Origin: Malacoraja senta
Lineage: Eukaryota
Reading direction: 5' to 3'
NCBI GenBank assembly: GCA_038087875.1
Contig: CM075988.1
Span: forward strand, 3,906,001-3,970,000
DNA length: 64,000 bases
The notes under the pieces are model-generated. The model was not told the origin of the DNA and searched no databases. It worked only from the letters and a program-made list of their open reading frames with translations. Both the position numbers and the translations under genes were made by a program. Positions 12,170 to 25,760 of this stretch are shown here, piece after piece. Positions within the stretch are counted from its first letter, which is position 1. Every line of letters starts with the position of its first letter.

Positions 12170-12515
12170 AGATTAAATGGATGTGTAGAGGATGTTTCTA
12201 CTAGTGGGAGAATCTGTGATCAGAAGGCACAGCCTCAGAGTAAAAGGACGTACCTTTGGAATGGAGATGAGGAGGAATTCCTTTAGCCAGAGGGTGGTGA
12301 ATATTGGAATTTGTTGCCACAGGTGGCTGCGGAGGCCGTCTTTGGGTACTTTTAAAGTATGATTGATGAGTTCTTGATTAGTAAGGGTATGAGGGTTTAC
12401 GTGGAGAAGGCAGGAGAATGGGGTTGAGAGGGGGAGATAGATCGGCCATGATCGAATGGCAGAGCAGACTCAATTGGCTGAATGGCTTAATTCTCCTCCT
12501 ATGTCTTCTGGTTTT
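12170..12515 (+). mobile_element. CR1 3' end, degenerate
   Basis: RMFLLVGES..RRHSLRVKGRTFGMEMRRNSFSQRVV-like sequence plus CR1 3' UTR. Confidence 0.7.
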
Positions 12516-12859
12516 ATGCAGGTTCAGATCAGTTTACATACAGATTAACACATGGCTAGCAGGTTAAATTCCATGTGAAGTCCCCTCCTTTCTAGGAGAG
12601 GATGTGGGATGATATGGATCCAGCCCAAATAATGATGGCCCGATACTTCTCAGCTGTAGCTCAGGAGAGTAAATGCTGCCAGAAATGCGTGGTCTTCTAG
12701 ATATCCCCGTGATATTGACTGTGAGTCTGACAGAACTGTGAACTGCGGCAGATTGGATTCATGAATTCCAAACTCAAACAATGGCAACCACTACTCAGAA
12801 AAGTATTTACCTACACAGAATATAACAATATGGAATAAGCAAGGTAAATGCCCAGATTG

Positions 12860-13215
12860 TGGAATAGATGGAATGAATGTACAGTGTGGAAGAGATAAAT
12901 GTGCAGTCTTTTACCCAGAAGAGGGGAAACAAGAACCAGAAGACATAGGTTTAAGGTGAGAGGGGAAAGCTGAGGGGCAACATTTTCACACAAAGGGTGG
13001 TGGGTGTATGGAACGATCTGCCAGAGGAGGTACTTGAGGCAGGGTCTATCACAACGTAAAAAAAAAACATTTGAACAAGCAGGATAGGATAGGTTTAGAG
13101 GGATATGGGCCAAATGTGGGCAGGTGGGCCTAGTGTAGAGGGCATGTTGGTCGGCATTGGCAAGTTGGGCCGAAGGGCCTGTTTCCAAGCTGTGCGGCTC
13201 TTTGACTGGATGACT
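12860..13215 (+). mobile_element. CR1 3' end, second subfamily
   Basis: agaaccagaagacataggtttaaggtgagagggg...gggccgaagggcctgtttcc tail. Confidence 0.7.
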
Positions 13216-13879
13216 CTAATATCTGTTTAAGGGAATGGGCCAGCACAAGATCAAGGCCGGAAAAAGGGTCTCGACCCAAAACGAGAGTCTGAAGAAGGGT
13301 GTCGACCCGAAACATCACCCATTTTGTCTCTCCAGAGATGCTGCCTGTCCGGTTGAGTTTCTCCAGCATTTTGATTTAACTTTGATTTAAACCAGCATCT
13401 GCATTTCTTTCCTACACATCAAGGCCTGAAGACCTGCTGAAAGGAACAGAAGCCAAACCCAGGTCCCCTGGAAGCTGCATTTCCTGAGCTTCCAGCTTTC
13501 ATGAGCTCTGGAATAAAAAAAACTGAACTTTGGAAGAACTCAGCAGGTCAAACAATGACTGTATAATTTCATGAGTCATGGTCATACTGCATAAAAACAG
13601 GCCCTTCGGCCCAACTTGCCCTAGCCGTCCAAGATGCCCCATACACTACTCACCTGCCTGCGTTTGGCACGTATCTCATTGAATCTTTCCTGTCTAAATG
13701 TATTTTAAACGTTGTTATAGTATTTGCCGCGACAGCTCGTTCCATATACCCTCAACTTTTTTGTTGCCCCTCAGGTTCTCATTAAATCTTTCCCCCCTCA
13801 CCTTCAAACTATATCCACTGGTTCTTGATTCCCCTACTCTGGGTAAAAGACGATGTGCATCTACCCTATCTATTCCACT

Positions 13880-14710
13880 CAAAGTTCAAAGTTCCAATTT
13901 ATTCATCACATGCACCAGTGAAATGAATTTGCCAGCAGTGATACAGTTGAAAAATGAACACACAATACACAATAGAATTTAACACAGACATCCACCACAG
14001 CATTCTTCACTGTGGTGGAAGGCAACAAAGTTCAGCCAGTCCTCCTCCTTTGTTCACCTGTGGTCGGGGCCATAAACCCTCCATAGTCGCCCCTACAGAC
14101 GGCCCGATGTACAGGCCCTCTCGTCGGGATGATCCAAACTCCGACATCGGGACGGTCGAACACACTTCACAGCTTGGAGTGCCCGAATCGGCCACTTTCT
14201 TACTGGAGACCGCGGCTTCAGGATGTTATAGGCCGCAGGCCGGCAGTCGGAGGTCTTCTCCGGCGATCCCCGGCAAGGGATCCCACACTCCGGATGGTAA
14301 GTCCACGCCACGCCTGTGGCTAGAAGCTCCGCAGACCACAACCCCATGATGCCAAAGTCACCAGTCCAGCGATTGGAGCACTCCTCTCTGGCGACCCCCG
14401 GCAAGGGTTCGCCCTGCTCCGCGATGAAAAAGTCCACCCTGCGCCTGCTGCTGAAGCTCCGGGCCTGACTCTGGGAAAGGCTGCTTCAATCCAAGCTGTT
14501 AGGCCGCGAGGGAAGCGGAAAAGCGACATGGAAAAAGTCTCCTCTCCGTCGAGAAAGTGGCTGAAAAACGGTTTCCCCTTTTCCCCCCCCACGACCCCCC
14601 CACAAGACACACCGAGAGAAACTAAAACATTTGGACATACTAAAAAAAACAAAAAAGTCAAAATAACGAACAGGCTGCTGGCAGGGCAGCCGACTCACTG
14701 AGCCCCCAAC
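13880..14710 (-). mobile_element. GC-rich non-autonomous retroelement (~830 bp) inserted in a CR1 fragment
   Basis: 5' end (gtcggctgccctgccagcagc...ttttagtatgtcc) and 3' region (ccttccaccacagtga...aataaa plus short tandem tail) shared with 51550-52455. Confidence 0.65.
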
Positions 14711-15311
14711 CGATCATGAATTTATTTACCCCTATAAGATAACTCCTCATTCTCCTGTGCTCCAAGGAATAAAGTCCCGGCCGGCCCAACCTCTCCCAAT
14801 AGCTCAGACCATCAGGTTCTGGCAACACCCTCGTTCATTTTCTCTGCACTCTTTCCAGCTTGACATCCTATTTCCTTTGGCAGGTTGACCAAAACTGAAC
14901 ACAGTACTCCAAATGTCTGCAAGGTCAGAATTGAACCCAGGTCTTGGCACTCTACCAGCTGTGCCATCCACTCATCTATACTAATCCTATAATTCCTCTT
15001 GCATCCCCATCAACGCCCTGCTCTGATTCCCCTGCAATCCACCTACACCAGGGGTCACAAAAAGTAGCCAATTGAACCATTGTGGGAGATGACTAGAGCA
15101 CACAGGGAGAAATATTCGCAAAGTTTTGAGATTTCAGATTGAAGAATTAATTTAGACACAAAGTTCTGGAGTAACTCAATGGGCCAGGCAGCATTCTCTG
15201 GAGAGAAAAGAATGGGGAACGTTTCACAAATTCACGTTCACAAGTTATAGGAGTACAATTAGGCCATCGAGTATACTCCGCCAATCAATCATGGCTAATC
15301 TCTGCCTCCTA

Positions 15312-16370
15312 ATGGGTGTAGTGCACATGGTATTGGGGATAGGGTACTGACATGGATAGAAAATTGGTTGGCAGACAGGAAACAAAGAGTAGGGATTAAT
15401 GGGTCCCTTTCAGAATGGCAGGCAGTGACTAGTGGGGTACCGCAAGGCTCGGTGCTGGGACCGCAGCTATTTGCTAAATATATTAATGATTTAGATGAAG
15501 GGATTAAAAGTAACATTAGCAAATTTGCAGATGACACAAAGCTGGGTGGCAGTGTGAGCTGTGAGGAGGATGCTATGTGGATGCAGGGTGACTTGGACAG
15601 GTTGGGTGAGTGGGCAGATGCATGGCAGATGCATTTTAATGTGGATAAATGTGAGGTTATCCACTTTGGTGGCAAAACAAGGAAGGCAGATTAATATCTA
15701 AATGGTGTCAAGTTGGGAAAAGGGGAAGTACAATGAGATCTGGAGTCCTTGTTCGTCAGTAACTGAAAGTAAGCATGCAGGTACAGCAGGCAGTAAAGAA
15801 AGCTAATGGCATGTTGGCCTTCATAAAAAGAGTTGAGTATAGGAGCAAAGAGGTCCTTCTGCAGTTGTACAGGGCCTTGGTGAGACCATACCTGGAGTAT
15901 TGTGTGCAGTTTTGGTCTCCAAATTTGATGAAGGACAATCCTGCGATTGAGGGAGTGCAGCGTAGGTTCACGAGGTTAATTCCCGGAATGGCGGGACTGT
16001 CATATGTTGATAGAATGGAGCGACTGGGCTTGTATACATTGGAATTTAGAAGGATGAGAGGGAATCTTATTGAAATATATGATTATTAAGGGATTGGACA
16101 TGCTAGAGGCAGGAAACATGTTCCCAATGTTGGGGGAGTGCAGAACCAGGGGCCACAGTTTAAGAATAAGGGCTACCTTAAGAACGGAGATGAGGAAAAA
16201 CGTTTTCATACAGAGAGTTGTGAATCTGTGGAATTCTCTGCCTCAGAAGGCAGTGGAGTCTAATTCTCTGGATGCTTTCAAGAGAGAGTTAGATAGAGCT
16301 CTTAAAGATAGCAGAGTCAAGGGTTATGGGGAGAAGGCAGGAACGGGGGAATGACTGTGGGTGATCATGG
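15312..16370 (+). mobile_element. CR1 LINE, 5'-truncated, RT pseudogene
   Basis: KQRVGINGSLSEWQAVTSGVPQGSVLGPQLF...SKFADDTKLGG followed by [14 protein letters not shown]...LWNSLPQKAVE, with stops and frameshifts. Confidence 0.95.
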
Positions 16371-16894
16371 CTGAAGGGTCCCGACCTGATACGTCACCTA
16401 TCCTTTCTTCTCCTGAGATGTTGCTTGACCCGCTGAGCTACTCCAGCGCTTTGTGTCTATCTCTGGTGTAAACCAGCAGTTCCTTACTTCTACATCAGAA
16501 TAATTAATTTGTTCCTTTCAAACTTGTCCTCAGCTGGGTGCTGTGTGAATGGGATCCGAGCCAGCGGATGATTTCTCACAAGAGTAGGTTGATAAGTTAA
16601 TGAAGTGCCCTGGTCAATTGCGGAGACTGACTGTGACTTGGTCAAACACTCTCCCAGGCAGCTGCCCAGTAATTACTGGGGCTGCCCCACACGTTAGCCT
16701 TTATTCAGAAATAATTTATGAATAAGTCGTATGATCTGAATCACGACTGGAGAATATTAAAGAGGCTTGAGGAATGGCCAGCAAGGAATCAGCTGTTCAG
16801 GTTCACCACGAGAGCGGGTGGGCAGGAGGTCGGAGATGGGAGAGCAGGATGACCCCACAACCTCCGATGATCTCACCACTTCTGAAAGCACTTT

Positions 16895-17215
16895 GCAGCC
16901 ACACGCTTGATGGGGACAGGGGGCAGGGCTGTTCCTCTCCTCCCAAAGTCCACCACCAACCAATTCCTTGGTCTTGTCAGCATTGAGCTGCAGGTAATTC
17001 GGCCCACACCACTCAACAAAAGTCAAGGACTACACCTCTGTATTCACCTTCCCTCCTCTCACTGATGCAGCCCACAATTGCAGAGTCATCTGAAAACTTC
17101 TGCAGGTGGCAGGGGACGGAGTTATATCTGAGGTCTGAGGTGTAGATGGTGAACAGGAAGGGAGAGAGGACCATCCCCTGTGGGGCACCTGTGTTGTTCA
17201 CCACCATGTCCACGT
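16895..17215 (-). mobile_element. Rex1/Babar-type LINE RT fragment
   Basis: NTGAPQGMVLSPFLFTIYTSD...LQKFSDDSAIVGCI and FVEWCGPNYLQLNADKTKELV. Confidence 0.85.
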
Positions 17216-17383
17216 CACAGATCTACGCATCCCCACAACCTCCGATGATCTCAGGACTTCCAAAAGCACTTGAGAGCCAATACCTTAATCTGATCTACAA
17301 CCCTATGGTATGGACATTGCCGCTTGGGTAGCTTACAACCCAAAGGTATGAACAATGAATTCTCCAATATTAGGTAGCCTTTA

Positions 17384-17947
17384 TCGGCCTGTCCCACAGG
17401 CGATTTTTTTGGCGACTGCCGGCGACTGTCATAGTCATAGCAGGTCGCCAAAAACCCGGAGACTTGACCCCCCCCCTCCACCCATGACAATGTCTACGGC
17501 AATGTCTACATCAACCTACCACCTAGTCGACGTCAAGCTACCGACAACCGGCGACCCATTTGGACGTCCTCCTACGACCACACCCATGACAACCTACGTC
17601 CACCCGCGACAAGCTACGATAAGGTATGTCCCTGTCGGCGACAACTGATAACAACTTAAGACAATTCAGTTGCCAGCACCTGTCGCCGGTTGATGTAGGT
17701 TGACGTAGGCAGTTGACAATGGAATTCACCGAAGTCAGCACCGACCTACGTCATCCTGGCCACAGCCTACGACAAGCCAACTGTTGCCAACTGTTGCCGA
17801 AATGTTTTGAACATTTCAAAATCCAGCGGCAACCAGAAAAAAGGTACGACTCTTTGGGCGACTGAGGAGACTCTACAGGCAACACCATGTGACGACAGCC
17901 TGGTCGCCTGTAGTCGCCTAAAAAATCACCTAAGTGGGACAGAGGCA
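17384..17947. mobile_element. PIF/Harbinger-type non-autonomous transposon
   Basis: TIR tcggcctgtcccacaggcgatttttttggcgact / agtcgcctaaaaaatcacctaagtgggacagaggca; TTA on both flanks (17381-17383, 17948-17950); internal cgac-rich subrepeats. Confidence 0.8.
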
Positions 17948-17967
17948 TTACAAACCGCAGCAAATAA

Positions 17968-18195
17968 ATAACAGCGCCAGAGACCCGGGTTCGATCCTGA
18001 CCTAGGATGCTGTCTGTATGGATTTTGTGCATTCTCCCTGTGATCGTGTGGGGGGTTTCCGGGTGCTCCGGTTTCCTCCAACATCCCAAAGACGTACAGG
18101 TTTGTAGGTTAATTGGCTTCTGCAAGTATTCCCTAGTCTGTAGGATAGAACTAGTGGAGAGGGGTCTGCACTCTGCACTGGGTGTGGACTCAGTT
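17968..18195 (+). mobile_element. V-SINE (HE1-like), partial
   Basis: acagcgccagagacccgggttcgatcc B-box region and the central ggtttcctcc..catcccaaagacgtacagg domain. Confidence 0.8.
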
Positions 18196-18584
18196 GGCTG
18201 AACATAGACACAAAATGCTGGAGTAACTCTGCGGGACAGGCAGCATCTCTGGATAGAAGGAATGGGTGCCGCACCTGAGTTTGGGCTTGATGCTGATCCT
18301 GGAACTCTGGTGAGGCACCCATTCCTTCTCTCCTGAGATGCTGCCTGTCCCGCTGAGGTAATCCAGCATTTTGTGTCTATCTTCGGTGTAAACCAGCATC
18401 TGCAGTTCCTTCTCATACAGTGGGCTGAATGAAGGGTCCGCTTCTCTAATACTAAACCTCGCTTTCTTATCCCACCCCCTCCCCTGTGTCCTACCTTCAT
18501 TTGCATCTATTTCTCCACTCCCCTCCACCCCCATCTGCATTCCTTCCTCTGGCTTCACAAGTCCCAACTCCTCAATCCTTTTGT

Positions 18585-19068
18585 CATCACAGCTTGGTTT
18601 GGGAACAGTTCCATCCAAGACTGCAAGAAATTGCAGAAAATTGTGGGCGCAGGCCAAACCATCACACAACCCAACCTCCCTTCCATTGACTCCATTAATA
18701 CCTCACGCTGCCTCGGCAAGGCCAGCAGCATAATCAAGGACGAGTCACACCCTGGCCACTTCCTCCATCAGGCAAAAGGTACAAAAATGTGAAAACGCAC
18801 ACCTCCAGATTCAGGGACAGTTTCTTCCCAGCTGTTATCAGGGAACAGAATCATCCTAGCAAAACCAGAGAGCAGTGCTGAACTACTATCTACCTCATTG
18901 GTGACTTTCTGTCTAACCTTGATCAGAATTTGCTGGCGTTACCTTGCACTAAACATTATTCCCTTATCATGCATCTATACACTGCAAATGGCCCGGTTGT
19001 AATCATGTTTTGTCTTTCCGCTGACTGGATAGCACGCAACAAAAGCTTTTCACTGTACACGTGACAAT
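18585..19068 (+). mobile_element. Rex1/Babar (L2-group) LINE 3' end
   Basis: AWFGNSSIQDCKKLQKIV..AQTITQPNLPSIDSINTSRCLGKASSIIKDESHPGH plus 3' UTR. Confidence 0.8.
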
Positions 19069-19720
19069 GGGCATTAGAATGGAGTACTCACTATTTGCAC
19101 CTCCAGCTATGCTCCAGAAATGCAACACCATCCAGGCTGGAGAAGCCCATCTGCTTAGTATTGCATCCACTGCCCTGAAATATTCATTCCTTACAAAGTC
19201 AGGACAAAACTCACAGCACCAGAGATCCAGGTTTGATCCTGACCTCTGTGTGCATGGAGTTTCCACGTTCCCCCTGTGACCACGTGGCTTTAATCCGGTT
19301 GCTCCGGTTTCGTCTCACATCCCAACGACGCACAGGTTTGCAGGTTAATTAGCCTCTGTGAAATTGTCCCCAGTGTGCGGGGAGTGGATGAGAAAGTGGG
19401 ATAACATAAGAACTCGTGTGAATGGATGATTGATGGTTAGCGTGGACTCAGTGGACCGAAGGGCCTATTTCCATGTTGTATCTCTGAACTAAACTCAGCT
19501 ATTTAATATGTGTGGTACATACAACTTAGTACTTGTCCAGACTATTCTGAGAACTCCATAAAAATCCAAACATTCTCCTACCAAAGCAGACAAGGGCAGC
19601 AGACACATTATAACCCCACCACCAGCAGATGCTCTCCCGTTGTGCAGTTGCTACTGATGTGAGAGGCAACATTTTTACAAGAAGACAGAAGAAGACCAGA
19701 AAGAAATTAAAGAACTCTGT

Positions 19721-19812
19721 TTAAGAAGGAACTGCAGATGCTGGAAAATCGAAGGTAGACAAAAATGCTGTACAAACTCACCCGCTGAGTTTCTCCAGCA
19801 TTTTTGTCTACC
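19721..19812. mobile_element. Minimal Penelope pLTR fold-back insertion with 14-bp TSD
   Basis: ttaaagaactctgt at 19707-19720 and 19813-19826 flanks an inverted pair ggtagacaaaaatgctg...cagcatttttgtctacc. Confidence 0.8.
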
Positions 19813-19847
19813 TTAAAGAACTCTGTAATCAGTAAACAACGAATGGT

Positions 19848-20245
19848 TAGGAAAGAACTGCAGATGCCGGTTTAAATCAAAGATAGGCACAAAATGCTGG
19901 AGTAACTCAGCGGGACAGGCAGCATCTCTGGAGAGAAGGAATGGGTGACGTTTCAGGTCGAGATCGAGTCTGAAGAAGGGTCTCGACCCGAAAAGTCGTT
20001 TTCTCCAGGGATGCTGCCTGACCCGCTGAGTTACTTCAGCTTTTTATGTCTATCTTCCATTCCCTCATTATGTGCAATAACAAGGAGGCACAGGTATTAG
20101 TTTATACACAAGGTGCTGGAGTGACTCAGCGGGTCAGGCAGCATCTCTGGAGAAAAAGGGTGGGTGTGTGAAGATGGGTTCCGTCCCAAAACGTCACGTA
20201 TCCGTGTTCTCCGCATATGTTGCCTGACCTGCTGAGTTACTCCGC
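19848..20245. mobile_element. Two adjacent Penelope pLTR inverted pairs
   Basis: ~19850-20057 and ~20105-20245 each consist of a minus pLTR followed by a plus pLTR. Confidence 0.75.
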
Positions 20246-20627
20246 TTCTTGGGTCATTATTTGTCTCATTAGATGCCTTATTAGAGGGACATGAGCAAGG
20301 CAGGTGGGGGAGAGAGGGGTAGAGGGCGGTGAGAGAGAGGGGAGAGCCAGAGGTGGGAAGAGAGAGAGAGAGGGATGGGGAGGGGGGGGAAGGGGGGAGA
20401 GGGGGAGAGGGAGAGAGCTGTTGAAGAGAAATAGTTTCAAGCTAAGCAGCTTGTAATTGGTTTCTACTAGTTTACAAAAGAACAAATTTAAATTGTGCAT
20501 GTATACGTGTAGGAGCAGCAGGCAGCTGCATGCTGGGAATAGACGCAAAAAGCTGGAATGACTCAAGCAGCATCTCTGGAGAGAAGGAACGGGTGATGTT
20601 TCGGGTCGAGACCTTTCTTCAGACTGA

Positions 20628-20900
20628 GAGTCTGAGTGCACTGGGCATCAACGGAGTGGCGAGGAGAAGAGCGATCAAGAACACCACAGAGGCAGCGGAG
20701 AAGGCATCGAGATGGCTCTGGATCAGGAGAGGAGGTCCATGGGGAGGAGCGAACGCCACCTGAACACAAGTCGTGGTCAGATCAACCACGGCTGGGTCGC
20801 CTGGGTGAGGGTGTCTGATGTTGAAAGACCCGAAACACCCAATGACCCCCAGGTTACATCAGTGATGATGTGTTCAGGAGCATCAAGAGATGTATTTTTT
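20628..20900 (+). mobile_element. 3' end of a Hero/NeSL-group (restriction-like endonuclease) non-LTR retrotransposon
   Basis: LSALGINGVARRRAIKNTTEAAEKASRWLWIRR resembles, from recall, the C-terminus of fish Hero elements; followed by a short structured 3' UTR. Confidence 0.6.
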
Positions 20901-22169
20901 AATCAAAAAGGGGATATGGGGAGAAGGCAGGAACGGGGTACTGATTAGGGATGATCAGCCATGATCACATTGAATGGTGGTGCTGGCTCGAAGTGCCGAA
21001 TGGCCTACTCCTGCACATATTGTTTATTGTCTATTGAGAGGGAGACAGAGATATGGAAGGGTAAGGTGTGAAAACGAGAGATTAAAGGGGACGGGGATGA
21101 AGGAAAACGTTGGGAGCCTGAGCTAGTTATGGTGTGTAGTTGGACCTGTTCGCTGTGCCACTGATGATGTTGCAGGTAATTGCTGTTGTCCATGAGCTGG
21201 TGCTGTTGGTGAACGGGCTTCCTGGGGGAGCAACCCGCTGGGTAGACCAGCGACACACATATAATCCATGGAGTCTTCATCTAATGGAGACTGGAATGAG
21301 GCCAACGCTCCACTTCAATGAATTCCAACACAAGAGCCTCACGCACATCAGTAACAAAATAAATATTCAGCTCTTCCAGGCAATTTCCAAGGTACGTGAC
21401 TGTGTGATCATGTATATGAGCACTTCAAACTTCAAAGGGAGAGGGAGGGTTAGTGGCCATTTTTCTTCTATACCAACAGTTTCTGAACAACCTGGCTCAA
21501 ATCTGACGAAAGATCTGGATCTGAAACGTACACAATGGCCTGTTCCCTTTACAATCGTAACGTTTTTGCATACCTTTCATTAATTTGTTCTATATCTCTC
21601 TAGTCTACATCACCGTCTATACCTCTCAGTTCCCTTTCCCCTGACTCTCAGTCTGACGGTCTCGACCCGAAACGTCACCTAATCCTTTCCTCCAGAGATG
21701 CTGCCTGACCCGCTGAGTTACTCCAGCTTTTTTTGTGTCTATCTTGGGCTTATTTTTACATGATTTCAGCTTTGTTTCTGAGCCATTGCTTCAGAGCCTG
21801 AGAGGGAGCGCTTGGCACCTGGAGCATGTTCTAATTGATATCGGTTATACGGTCAGCGTTCTGCTGCACCAACGTCCAGGTCACGCACAGTCACCGAACC
21901 TTGGGCTGGCAGCACAGAGGTATTAGCCTGTGAGTCTCCCTCACAGAAAGCCACACAGCAGCCTAAGAACCTTGGCACACAGAAATTGGCACTGACTGAT
22001 CTCACAGTGAAATAACTAACTTGCATTCCCATCAGCTCTGCCAATAATAGCATATCCCAACTTGTTCTGCTCATAATAAAGTAATCTTGAAGTGATTTTG
22101 CGGCTGTAGTGTCGGACATAAAGCAGCTAATTTACACATGGCAAGGTCAGTAATGGAATGACTCAATAT

Positions 22170-22372
22170 CAGCGGTAGAGTTGCTGCCTTACAGCAAAAT
22201 GCAGCGTCAGAGACCCGGGTTCGATCCTGACTACGGGTGCTGTCTGTATGGAGTTTGTACGTTCTCCCCATGATCTGCGTGGATTTTCTCCGAGATCTTC
22301 GGTTTCCTCCCACACTCCAAAGACGTACAGGTTTGTAGGTTAATTGGCTTGTTAAAAATGTAAAATTGTCCA
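22170..22372 (+). mobile_element. V-SINE (HE1-like), partial
   Basis: cagcggtagagttgctgcc...gggttcgatcc...ggtttcctcccacactccaaagacg. Confidence 0.8.
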
Positions 22373-22504
22373 AGTTGGCGATATGCAGAGTACTGCCCGG
22401 CCGACTACAAAAGGTTCAGAAGGTTATCTGACCAGTTTTCATTTAGAGGCAGACTCTATGACTCACCCGATCACTACCTCTTCAACGAGTCCCAGCCCGG
22501 ATAC

Positions 22505-23180
22505 TCATCGAGTCATACTGCGTGGAAACAGGCCCTTCGGCCCAACTTGCCCACACCGGCCAACACGCCCCATCTCCGCTAGTCCCACCTGCCTGCTTTT
22601 GGCTCAAATCCCTCTAAACCTGTCCTATCCATGTACCTGTCCAACTGCTGCTTAAACCTGCCTCAACTACCTCCTCCGGCTGCTCGTTCCATACACCCAC
22701 CACCCTTTGTGTGGAAAAATTACCCCTTAGGTTCCTACAAAATCTTTCTCTGCTCACCTTAAACCTATGACCTCTGGTTCTTGATTCCCCTACTCTGGAC
22801 AAGAGACTCTGTTCCTATCTATTCCTCTCATGATTTCATTAACCTCTATAACTCCCTCCTCTCCGGCAGAAGGTACAGAAGTTTGTGAACAACACCTCCA
22901 CATTGAGGGACAGCTTCATCCCAGCTGTTATCAGGCAACTGAACCATCCACTCACCAACGAGAGAACTGTCCTGGCCAACTACCTACGGTACCACATTGA
23001 TGACCCTTGGACGATCTTCAATCGGAACTTATCTTGCACTAAAGATGATTCCCTTTATCCAGTATCTGTGTACTATGGGCAGCTTGATTGTAATCATGTA
23101 TAGGCTATTCGTTGAGTGGATGGCGTGCAACAAAGCTTTTCACTGTACCTCAGTACACTAATAAACTAAACTAGACTCAG
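22505..23180. mobile_element. CR1 3' end (minus, ~22505-22850) abutting Rex1/L2-type 3' end (plus, ~22855-23180)
   Basis: SRVGESRTRGHRFKV...FSTQRVVGVWNE on minus; TLRDSFIPAVIRQLN and ctaaactaaact tail on plus. Confidence 0.7.
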
Positions 23181-23953
23181 CGAGGGGTAACCTTTGGCCA
23201 GAACTTTGAGGACAACTCTTCTACTGTTCCTCAAGCTTTGCTCCCAGAACTTTCACTTCCACTCCAGAGTCTGGTTTTGAAGCCAGCATTTTTTGATACA
23301 TTTTAAACCTGCGAGGTTGGGCAGACATTATTCCTTGGAGCGTATGAGGGTGAAGAGTGATCGTATAGAGGCGTAAGTTCATAACTTCTTAATTATAGAA
23401 GCAGAATTAGGCCGTTCAGCCCATCAAGTCTATTCTGCCATTCAATCATGGCTGATCTATCTTTCTCTCTCAATCCCATTCTCCTGCCTTCTCCCTGTAA
23501 CCCCTGATAACATCGTAAGGGGAATAGATAGAGTGATTGCACAGCCTTTTACCCAGAGTAGGGAAATCAAGAACCAGAGGGCATAGGTTTAAGGTGGGAA
23601 GGGAAAGATTTAATAGGAGCCTGAGGGGAAATTTCTTCACACAAGGGCGGTGGGTATATGGAATGAGCTATCAGAAGAGGTAATTGAGGCAAGTACCAGA
23701 ACAGCATTTAAAAGACACAAGGAAAGGTACATGGATATGAAAGGTTTAGAGGGATATGGTACAGGTATAGGCAAATGGGATTAGTTTGGATGGGGCATTT
23801 TGGTCGGAAAGGACAAGTTGGGCCAAAGCACCTGTTTCTGTGCATGGAAACTGGCCCTTTGGCCCAACATGTCCGTTTATAACAATGGCTTTATGATCAT
23901 TACATTCCTGCGCTGCAGCAGCAGCCTGTCTAACAAGTCTCCACTGCCCTCTT

Positions 23954-24287
23954 CACCACCACCACCACCACCATCACCACCACCACCACCACCACCACCA
24001 CCACCACCACCACCACCACCACCACCACCACCACCACCACCATCACCACCACCACCACCACCACCACCACCACCACCATCACCACCACCACCACCACCAC
24101 CACCACCACCACCACCACCACCACCATCCACCACCACCACCACCACCACCACCACCACCACCACCACCACCACCACCACCACCACCATCACCACCACCAC
24201 CACCACCACCACCATCACCACCACCACCACCACCACCACCACCACCACCATCACCACCACCACCACCACCACCACCACCACCACCAC
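23954..24287. repeat. Long (CAC)n trinucleotide microsatellite with CAT interruptions
   Basis: Direct reading; it produces the spurious poly-P/T/G/V/W ORFs. Confidence 0.97.
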
Positions 24288-24609
24288 TCGTTGCATTCAA
24301 TATCTCCACTCACACAAAGATTCCACCGGCCCTTCTAACCCTCTGCCTTCTCTACAACTCAAGCACACACTTGATCTCTAACTTGTCTCACCTCTGTTTC
24401 CAATTGGAATGTCAACACAGCTTCTGTCTCCAAGAATGTGTCTGGCCTACGGACTATTGGGCTTCACTGTCTGTACAGTTTATCATCGAGACCACATAAG
24501 TTATCTTATTCACACCGTGTGTCCGAGTGATTATACTGGGAATCACGTTTGTCCCGGTATTGTCTCTTGGTGGCTTTGTGGAGATGATAGCGGTCCTTCT
24601 TGTACCTCT

Positions 24610-25760
<1,151 letters not shown>

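Noticed and set aside
20810..20842. Hammerhead-like words ctgatg...gaaac in the Hero-like 3' UTR
   Set aside because: The core reads CTGATGT rather than CTGANGA and no stem II forms.
21140..21583. 147-aa ORF with a donor-like AAG|GTACGT near 21391
   Set aside because: No recognisable protein, no ATG at the called start and no convincing acceptor; it cannot be supported as an exon.
23800..24381. 193-aa Pro/Thr-rich ORF and its antisense Val/Gly-rich ORFs
   Set aside because: Products of the (CAC)n microsatellite.
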